From a bacterium (GTDB lineage Bacteria > UBP7 > UBA6624 > JBBIMK01): DNA of 11,638 nt. The DNA lies in assembly GCA_037444445.1 (NCBI GenBank), contig JBBIMK010000043.1, positions 1 to 11,638 on the forward strand. The letters are read 5' to 3'. Positions 1-5,288 of this stretch are shown here, piece after piece. Every line of letters begins with the position of its first letter. Position 1 is the stretch's first letter. The notes under the pieces were generated by a model. That model saw only the letters and a list, made by a program, of their open reading frames with translations, did not search any database and was not told the DNA's origin. A program made the position numbers and the translations under genes.

Positions 1-141
1 TCTCTTCATGGTGCCGAGGGGCATTCTCAGCCTTCGGGCGGCTCTTTTTATGGATGACACCGTTGGGTGCCTGACCCCAAAAGGGTCATTGGATGAAAAA
101 TTGAAGTTTTTTTTCCTTGACAAACCTGGAACAGGGGACTC

Positions 142-426
142 TCACCCTCTTTTTTCCACTGGCTGGCACCATTTCCGGTAGTACTCTCTTTTATAATCTG
201 AATAATAATGCGGGTGGGCTTTCCTCCAGCGGCGGTGATAATGTGGATGTTCTTCTCGCCACTTTTTCAGGTAATTTTTCATATATTCGGGATGAGTGTC
301 TTTCCACCGGGGGAAGTATTCCCGCATATAGGCTCGCTGTCTGCGGAGCCTGCAAAACCGACGGGTGCAGTATTTCTGCCGCCTGGAGGCTGGGAAGAAA
401 GACAATCTACAGTAAAGACACTGCAT
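142..426 (-). CDS. Small, highly basic zinc-ribbon protein with tandem W-[RK]-x-x-H-P-x-Y repeats; function unknown
   Basis: The ORF is 142..432. GGAGG (433-437) lies 6 nt upstream of the second ATG (426), so 426 is the preferred start and 432 the alternative. The N-terminus has CxxC-x12-CxxxxC (MQCLYC...QKYCTRRFC), typical of small Zn-ribbon proteins. Three degenerate repeats follow: WKDTHPEY / WREEHPHY / WRKAHPHY. The overlapping + strand ORFs (117..470, 208..549) lack a start context and recognisable motifs. Confidence 0.55.
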   Translation of the reverse strand: MQCLYCRLSFFPASRRQKYCTRRFCRLRRQRAYMREYFPRWKDTHPEYMKNYLKKWREEHPHYHRRWRKAHPHYYSDYKREYYRKWCQPVEKRG

Positions 427-437
427 ATCCATCCTCC

Positions 438-446
438 ATTCTATCA
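438..446 (-). promoter_or_regulatory. Possible extended -10 element (TGATAGAAT on the minus strand) for the small zinc-ribbon gene
   Basis: The minus strand reads TGATAGAAT-GGAGG-ATG, so the -10-like hexamer ends 5 nt before the ATG at 432. There is no convincing -35. Confidence 0.25.
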
Positions 447-455
447 GGGGAAGAT

Positions 456-490
456 GGAAAACAGCCCTGAAGATTCTTTGCCTTCGGCTG
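456..490 (-). terminator. Candidate intrinsic terminator after the Feo operon
   Basis: Minus strand: CAGCC-GAAG-[GCAAAGAAT]-CTTC-AG-GGCTG followed by TTTTCC. This gives 5+4 bp of stem with a 2-nt bulge and a 9-nt loop, then only a short T4 tract. It lies about 80 nt downstream of the FeoA-like stop codon (572). Confidence 0.3.
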
Positions 491-571
491 AGAATGACAC
501 AGGGTTCGTAGTAGCACTGTTTATGGAATTGTCATGCAGAAGGAAGTGAAGCATCTGGCTTCTTTGTCCGA

Positions 572-1117
572 TTATGGCTTCACCCAGATGTCGCCCGCCA
601 CTTCCCGGTCCAGAGCGATTTCCGTTTCCTCTACTTTCACAATGACGGTAGGCTTCTTCTGGACGAGGGTCGCGATGGAACCAGGGGATAACCCATAGGA
701 GGTGAGGGTGGACCTTCGGCGGGGGTTGTTGGTGAGAATGGTAAGCACTCGCCCGGATGCACCGGGTTTCAGGTGTAGCAAAGGCACCGCCACCGGCTCC
801 CGGGCTTTCCTCTTGTCCACACAGCATTGCCCCGAAGGAATCGTCTTCCCGTGAGGGCATAAACGGGGATGCCCGAGAAAGGTGCATATCTCGTCCGCCT
901 CTTCCTCCGTCAGGGCTCTCCCCAGCAGAACGCTAAGGGGTTCATATCGCTTCAGGTGGAAGACATCCACGAAGAGAGTTTCTGCCAGGCGCTGCCCCCT
1001 TAATCGTGTCGTTTCTTTATCTTGAACTCGCGGAGACACACCGGAGGGGAAAGCCTGATTTTCCCCGTAGAAATTGGCTCTTATTTTATCTAACTTTCCT
1101 TCTTTTTCTTTATCCAT
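572..1117 (-). CDS. FeoA-domain protein fused to a DtxR-type metal-binding/dimerisation region, lacking the N-terminal winged-helix DNA-binding domain
   Basis: RLAETLFVDVFHL and HPRLCPHGKTIP resemble the DtxR/IdeR/MntR dimerisation-domain helix and the (C/S)P(H/F)GxPIP motif. The C-terminal 70 aa (LLHLKPGASGRVLTIL...GLSPGSIATLVQKKP..VKVEETEIALDREVAGDIWV) is a typical FeoA/SH3-like domain. The ORF opens at GTG 1135. ATG 1117 is preferred because GGGAG lies about 11 nt upstream. Only about 45 aa precede the dimerisation helix, too few for a wHTH. Confidence 0.8.
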   Translation of the reverse strand: MDKEKEGKLDKIRANFYGENQAFPSGVSPRVQDKETTRLRGQRLAETLFVDVFHLKRYEPLSVLLGRALTEEEADEICTFLGHPRLCPHGKTIPSGQCCVDKRKAREPVAVPLLHLKPGASGRVLTILTNNPRRRSTLTSYGLSPGSIATLVQKKPTVIVKVEETEIALDREVAGDIWVKP

Positions 1118-1302
1118 CGTTTGACATTCTCCCACCAGAACCGGATTTTTTTCGTAATTCCGCGTTCCTCAGGGAATTCATAAAAGCAGTTGGGGCATCT
1201 CAGAAGTCCACAGATAGGATGAACAATGCATCCTTCGCAGCCCATCACCGCAGAATCCGGGGTGAATTCATATCCGCACAGGGGGCATTTTAGTGTGGTC
1301 AT
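1090..1302 (-). CDS. Cys-rich zinc-ribbon microprotein (about 70 aa) with a basic amphipathic C-terminal tail, encoded between feoB and the FeoA-like gene
   Basis: The ATG at 1302 overlaps the feoB stop codon as ATGA (1299-1302). The ORF also opens at ATG 1317. The Cys pattern is CPLC-x12-CEGC-x5-C-x4-CPNC, plus one His. The tail is KKIRFWWENVKRWIKKKKES. The 3' end overlaps the next gene by 28 nt. I recognise no family. Confidence 0.6.
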   Translation of the reverse strand: MTTLKCPLCGYEFTPDSAVMGCEGCIVHPICGLLRCPNCFYEFPEERGITKKIRFWWENVKRWIKKKKES

Positions 1303-3287
1303 AACTTCATTCCCCATGCCCTCAGGAGGGCGTTCAGGATTCCCCCCACGAGGAAGGCAAAGGGGAAAATGAAAGCCGACATAGCCAGAGCGGTTTTCCA
1401 GCCCCGCTCTTTCACCATCATCAACAGATTGGCTACGCAGGGGATGAAGAGGGTGATGGTGACCATGCTGACCACGATTCCGATGGAATCTATTTTCCCA
1501 TCTCGGGCGAGGGAGTACAATCCAGCCGCCCCGTAATCCCTCCTCAAAAACCCAAGCAAGAAGGCGGAGGAGGCTTCTGAGGGCAGGTTCAACAATCCCG
1601 TAATCAAAGGCTCAGCCACCTTCTGCAAAAGAGGTAGAACCCGAAGCCGGTCCAGGAGAAACAGCAGGAAGGTGCCCAGTAAAAACAGGGGAACCACTTC
1701 GGTGAGGTACCATTCCACACGGGCAAGGGTTTTCCAGAAGATATTGGACAGGCGAGGGATTCTCAAGGGGGGAATTTCAATTACCAGCCGTGCCGATTCC
1801 CCTTTCAAAATCAGGGAAGAAAGGTAGCCCACCAGGAGCATCACGAGGGCAACCACACCGCCCCAGATGAGGGTGGCTTTCCACGATAACGAAGCCAGCA
1901 TAGCCAGCACCACCCCTAATTGGGCGGAGCAGGGCACTCCCAGCGCCAGCAAGAGCGTGACAATCACACGCTCCTTCGGCGTTTCCAGGATTCGCGCAGT
2001 CATCGTAGCCATGGTGTCGCATCCCAGCCCCAGCACCATAGGCAGAACCGCTTTCCCGGTGAGCCCGATTCGGCGGAAAAGATTGTTCACCAGCACCGCC
2101 AGCCGGGGCAAATATCCACTGTCCTCCAGCAAACTGAAAAATATAAAGAAGGTGAGTACAATGGGAAAGATGATGGCAAGGCTGTAAGTGAGAGCCATGG
2201 TCAGTAATCCATATTCCCCCACCAGTAAATCCACGCCGAACTTCCAGGGTAGAATGGTCTGAACCCAGCGGACGGCGAAGGGGTTGATATACCTTCCAAA
2301 CAGGGTATCCTCAATGAAATCCACCAGGATGCCAGCCCCGAAAACCCCCACAAATTCATACAGTATCCAGAGTATGAGAAGAAGAAAAGGATAGCCCAGA
2401 AGGGGATGAACCATCCACTGCCCGAGGCGGATAAAAAAGGTGTTCCCACTGACCGCCCCGGTGCGTTCTGTGATTCCTTCTAAGATTTCTTCCACGGCGG
2501 TGCGATAGGCAACAGATAGCACAGATTCCACGGGTTCCTGGAGGATATTTTGCAGGTCTTTACGCACCACAGAAATCTTCCCCGCTCCCACGAGGGCAGA
2601 CGGAGAATCCTCCAGCCGAACCGGAGGATGAGCATCTCCAGTCAGATACAGAAGTGCCCTTCCCGGGACCATTCCATCCCCTTCACTCAGGTCTGCCATT
2701 AGGGTTTGAACCGCATGGGTGATGGCGGGCGGGTGAAAAACCGTCCACTGGAGGCAAGAGGCTCGCTGGATGGCTTCCTTCAACTCCCCGATTCCCTGAT
2801 TCCGAACCGCCACCGTGGTGACCACAGGGATGCCGAGACGGCGGGAAAGACGAAGACAGTCCATCTTATACCCCCGTGCATCTGCCTCATCCAGCATATT
2901 CAACACCAGGACGATAGGATGCCTGAACTCAGACAGTTGAAGAGTGAGGAAAAGAGCACGTTTCAGATTCTTCGCATCCGCCACCTGCACCAGACAGGCG
3001 ATACCTTCTGATAATAGCACATCTTGAACCATTCGCTCGTCCTCACTGCCCGCAAAAACAGACTCAATCCCGGGCGTATCCAGCAGGTCATACTCCTGCC
3101 CGTTCAGGTGAACCTTGCCGTAAGCCACTTCAACCGTGGTGCCAGGATAATTGGAAACCGTTACATACCGCCCCGTGAGGCAGGCGAAGAGCACGCTCTT
3201 TCCCACATTGTGGTTGCCCACGAGAACGATTTTCCGAACGCCCGTCGCTTTTCCGACCCGCGGATGACATCCTGAATCCGTTCGCAT
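1299..3287 (-). CDS. feoB: Ferrous iron transporter FeoB (N-terminal GTPase domain plus polytopic membrane domain)
   Basis: The G1 motif GNHNVGKS, DTPG (G3) and NMLD (G4) are followed by a long hydrophobic permease region with Gate-like repeats. The ORF opens at ATG 3314 (671 aa). ATG 3287 is preferred because AAGGAG (3296-3301) lies 8 nt upstream and a TATAAT box sits directly in front of 3314. Confidence 0.95.
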   Translation of the reverse strand: MRTDSGCHPRVGKATGVRKIVLVGNHNVGKSVLFACLTGRYVTVSNYPGTTVEVAYGKVHLNGQEYDLLDTPGIESVFAGSEDERMVQDVLLSEGIACLVQVADAKNLKRALFLTLQLSEFRHPIVLVLNMLDEADARGYKMDCLRLSRRLGIPVVTTVAVRNQGIGELKEAIQRASCLQWTVFHPPAITHAVQTLMADLSEGDGMVPGRALLYLTGDAHPPVRLEDSPSALVGAGKISVVRKDLQNILQEPVESVLSVAYRTAVEEILEGITERTGAVSGNTFFIRLGQWMVHPLLGYPFLLLILWILYEFVGVFGAGILVDFIEDTLFGRYINPFAVRWVQTILPWKFGVDLLVGEYGLLTMALTYSLAIIFPIVLTFFIFFSLLEDSGYLPRLAVLVNNLFRRIGLTGKAVLPMVLGLGCDTMATMTARILETPKERVIVTLLLALGVPCSAQLGVVLAMLASLSWKATLIWGGVVALVMLLVGYLSSLILKGESARLVIEIPPLRIPRLSNIFWKTLARVEWYLTEVVPLFLLGTFLLFLLDRLRVLPLLQKVAEPLITGLLNLPSEASSAFLLGFLRRDYGAAGLYSLARDGKIDSIGIVVSMVTITLFIPCVANLLMMVKERGWKTALAMSAFIFPFAFLVGGILNALLRAWGMKL

Positions 3288-3319
3288 CCCTTTGTCTCCT
3301 TCCCCTCTCTCCATACACT

Positions 3320-3325
3320 ATTATA
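3320..3325 (-). promoter_or_regulatory. Perfect -10 hexamer (TATAAT on the minus strand) upstream of feoB
   Basis: The minus strand reads GAAGTATAAT-AGTGT-ATG(3314). The -35 at a 17-nt spacing is poor (GATTTT). This is compatible either with a roughly 26-nt leader carrying the AAGGAG SD for ATG 3287, or with a leaderless mRNA starting at ATG 3314. Confidence 0.35.
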
Positions 3326-3548
3326 CTTCATTTTTATATCCGAAAATCTGTCAGGTTGATGAAATGTGAACTTCCCATCCTCCCTTGCAGGAAAAAACTA
3401 CTTGAAATACCACTCCTCCAGCCTGATGCCTGAAGATTCGCCGAGTTTATCCTGATAATGCCATAAATGCTTGCTCAAAAAGGTTCCCACTCTACCTCGC
3501 CGTAACTGTTTTAGAAGGAAAAAATGAAAATGGTAAAAGTTGGAAAGG

Positions 3549-4592
3549 CTATGAGCCGGGTGGTTTCTCTCTTACATATAGGGTGCGAGCAGGGATGGAA
3601 ATTTCAATCCCTTCCTCTGTATACCGGCGGAGTAGCCTTTTAATCAACTCATGTCTTATCAAATACTGGCTGGCGAATTCCCGAACCCGAAGAATGATGG
3701 AAAAACTGACACCGGATTCCCCAATGGTGTGATAACGAATAAAAGGTGCGAAATCTGGAATTCCCCCCGGCACCTCTTTCATCACCTCTTTCGCCACCTC
3801 GGTGGTAACCCTTTCCACCTTCTCCAGGTCGCTACCGTAATTCACCCCGAGGGAAATCACGATACCTGTTTCCTTCTGGGGGAGAGAATAGTTTGTGACG
3901 ATGGAGGAGGATACTCTCACATTGGGGATGATAATCACATTATCCGACGGTGCCCGGATAAAGGTATTCCGCCAGGTGATGTCGGTTACTACTCCCTCAT
4001 CACCGGAGTCCAGCCGAACATAATCCCCCGGTTTGACCTGGCGGGAGAGAAGGATATGTAGACCTGCGAAGAGGTTAGAGAGGGTCTCCTGGAGGGCGAG
4101 AGCCACTGCCAGCCCACCCACCCCCAGGGCCGTCAAGATGGGCGTAATGGAAATGCCGAGAGCCTGTAGTATCGTCAACACTCCTATCAGGGATAACAGG
4201 ACTTTGGTCAGGTTAATGAAGATGGAAGTGGAGGGCAAAACGCCTTCCGCCCTCTGAGAGTAGAGCCGGATGAATCCCACGGCGATGCCAGTTGTTACGA
4301 GGGTGACGGTAAAAATGGCTACCACGATAAGTGTCTTTTGAATCAAGAGGAATTGGGGTGGGGTGAGGGGTAAAGTAAGGCTGGCTCCATAAATACCAGA
4401 TAGAGTGAACCAGAAGGTGGTCCAGCGGTGGAGAGGAGCCATAAGGATTTCTTGCCCTTCCCACCGAGCCCTGTTCGCTAACCTTTTCAGCCAGACCAGA
4501 AGAATCTTCCCTACAAGGATTCCCATAAGGAACCCACCAATGATGAAAGAGATGGGATAAATCCAGTGGATGGTTTTCCAGGTTTCAGCCAT
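3549..4592 (-). CDS. Mechanosensitive ion channel, MscS family
   Basis: The pore-helix and beta-domain signature is present: GLAVALALQETLSNLFAGLHILLSRQVKPGDYV...GVVTDITWRNTFIRAPSDNVIIIPN...IVNYS. It is preceded by 3-4 predicted TM helices. The start is ambiguous, with candidates at TTG 4640 and ATG 4631, 4616 and 4592. 4592 is chosen because an extended -10 (4615-4623) lies upstream of it. None of the starts has a good SD. Confidence 0.9.
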   Translation of the reverse strand: MAETWKTIHWIYPISFIIGGFLMGILVGKILLVWLKRLANRARWEGQEILMAPLHRWTTFWFTLSGIYGASLTLPLTPPQFLLIQKTLIVVAIFTVTLVTTGIAVGFIRLYSQRAEGVLPSTSIFINLTKVLLSLIGVLTILQALGISITPILTALGVGGLAVALALQETLSNLFAGLHILLSRQVKPGDYVRLDSGDEGVVTDITWRNTFIRAPSDNVIIIPNVRVSSSIVTNYSLPQKETGIVISLGVNYGSDLEKVERVTTEVAKEVMKEVPGGIPDFAPFIRYHTIGESGVSFSIILRVREFASQYLIRHELIKRLLRRYTEEGIEISIPARTLYVREKPPGS

Positions 4593-4614
4593 TATCTTTG
4601 TTTGTTCAGCCTCC

Positions 4615-4623
4615 ATTATATCA
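4615..4623 (-). promoter_or_regulatory. Possible extended -10 promoter element (TGATATAAT on the minus strand) for the MscS gene
   Basis: This is an exact TGnTATAAT match on the minus strand. The TTGATA at 4635-4640 is only 14 nt away, so it is not a canonical -35. Confidence 0.3.
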
Positions 4624-4658
4624 CAATCCATTTTTATCAACGAAGAACTTTATATGGA

Positions 4659-4687
4659 TTGACCATTTCTACTTTTTATGGTAGTAT
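4659..4687 (+). promoter_or_regulatory. Sigma70-like promoter of the tetR-RND operon
   Basis: TTGACC (4659-4664), a 17-nt spacer, then TAGTAT (4682-4687). TG at 4679-4680 gives an extended -10 context. The element ends 20 nt before the tetR ATG (4707). Confidence 0.5.
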
Positions 4688-4705
4688 ACTGACTGGTCGG
4701 TCAGT
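4688..4705. promoter_or_regulatory. Candidate TetR operator (inverted repeat ACTGAC-N6-GTCAGT)
   Basis: The sequence is ACTGACTGGTCGGTCAGT, with perfect 6-bp arms and a 6-nt spacer. It sits immediately downstream of the -10, covers the expected transcription start, and ends 1 nt before the tetR ATG. Confidence 0.4.
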
Positions 4706-4706
4706 T

Positions 4707-5288
4707 ATGGGAGTGAAAATCGGCACCCGGAAACGCCTGGCGAATGCTGCCCGCCGGGTCTTTGCCCGGAAGGGCTATCATACTGCTACTCTGGATGACA
4801 TCGCCCGCTCCGCCCGTATCGCCAAAGGCACCGTCTACCTGTATATCCGCCATAAGGATGACCTGATTACACTGATTGCTGAGCAGGAAATGAGTTCCAT
4901 CCTTTCCCGACTGGAAGAAATCTCTGATTCTATTTCCTCACCTTCCCTTCGCCTTCGGTCGGCACTCATCTTGCTGGTGGAACGGGTGATGGAATATGAG
5001 CGCACGGGGCTTGCCGTCTTGATGCGTGACCTCTACGGTGTGAAGGGAAAAGTCCTGGAGCAGGTTCAACAGCAAAAGCAAAAAATTATTCGCTTCTTTA
5101 CTGACCTCTTTGAGGAAGGAATTCGTCAGAAAGAATTCCGCCAGATGAATGTGCCTATGGCATCCTTCATCATTTTCTCCCTCGTAGGGGCTCTGGTTCA
5201 CAAAGAGATGCGCCTTCCCATAGAAAGCCCACATTCCTTCGTAGATGCCTTTTTGGATATTTTGATGAAAGGAGTGGAATCGCAATGA
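4707..5288 (+). CDS. TetR/AcrR family transcriptional regulator
   Basis: The N-terminal HTH signature is RKRLANAARRVFARKGYHTATLDDIARSARIAKGTVYLYIRHKDDL. The ORF track extends it to 4566, but that extension overlaps the MscS 5' end and contains the promoter. The stop codon overlaps the next gene's ATG (ATGA at 5285-5288). Confidence 0.9.
   Translation: MGVKIGTRKRLANAARRVFARKGYHTATLDDIARSARIAKGTVYLYIRHKDDLITLIAEQEMSSILSRLEEISDSISSPSLRLRSALILLVERVMEYERTGLAVLMRDLYGVKGKVLEQVQQQKQKIIRFFTDLFEEGIRQKEFRQMNVPMASFIIFSLVGALVHKEMRLPIESPHSFVDAFLDILMKGVESQ

Noticed and set aside
1-181. - Left-edge signals, first group: an open frame from position 2 to the TAG at 179-181, which could be the tail of a + strand gene beyond the window.
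- Left-edge signals, second group: a GC hairpin plus T-run (29-50, AGCC-ttcgggc-GGCT-CTTTTTA) and a perfect 6-bp hairpin TGACCC-caaaa-GGGTCA (72-88).
   Set aside because: The frame has no recognisable motif and would overlap the minus-strand gene. The first hairpin has only 3-4 bp of stem. The second lacks an adjacent T-tract on either strand. These are possible terminators of an off-window gene, but too weak to call.
117-549. Plus-strand ORFs 117..470 (TTG start) and 208..549, overlapping the small zinc-ribbon gene.
   Set aside because: There is no SD and the translations are featureless. The minus-strand ORF has a GGAGG SD, Cys knuckles and a repeat structure. The perfect TTGACA at 117-122 has no matching -10.
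444-887. The 147-aa minus-strand ORF overlapping the FeoA-domain gene in another frame.
   Set aside because: It lies out of frame within a CDS that has clear DtxR and FeoA motifs, and its translation is Pro/Gly/Arg-rich.
1777-3318. Alternative-frame and antisense ORFs inside feoB: 1777..2022, 1867..2187, 1920..2207, 2201..2449, 2706..3011, 3024..3275 and 3130..3318.
   Set aside because: All are embedded in the unambiguous feoB CDS and none has supporting signals.
3315-3548. The 234-nt feoB upstream region, examined as a possible riboswitch or sRNA locus.
   Set aside because: I found no recognisable riboswitch core motifs or stable conserved-looking structure. The best -10 box is at its promoter-proximal end, which leaves most of the region upstream of the transcript.
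3524-3640. A 38-aa plus-strand ORF (MKMVKVGKAMSRVV...) preceded by an AGGA about 5 nt upstream. It lies in the feoB/MscS intergenic region and runs antisense into the MscS 3' end.
   Set aside because: It is very short with no recognisable features, and it overlaps the conserved C-terminus of the MscS gene. The SD-like purine run belongs to an A-rich stretch. I cannot support it from sequence alone.
4566-4706. The 47-aa N-terminal extension of the TetR ORF given in the ORF track (start at 4566).
   Set aside because: The extension overlaps the 5' end of the divergent MscS gene and contains the TTGACC-17-TAGTAT promoter. The TetR HTH begins a few residues after the ATG at 4707.
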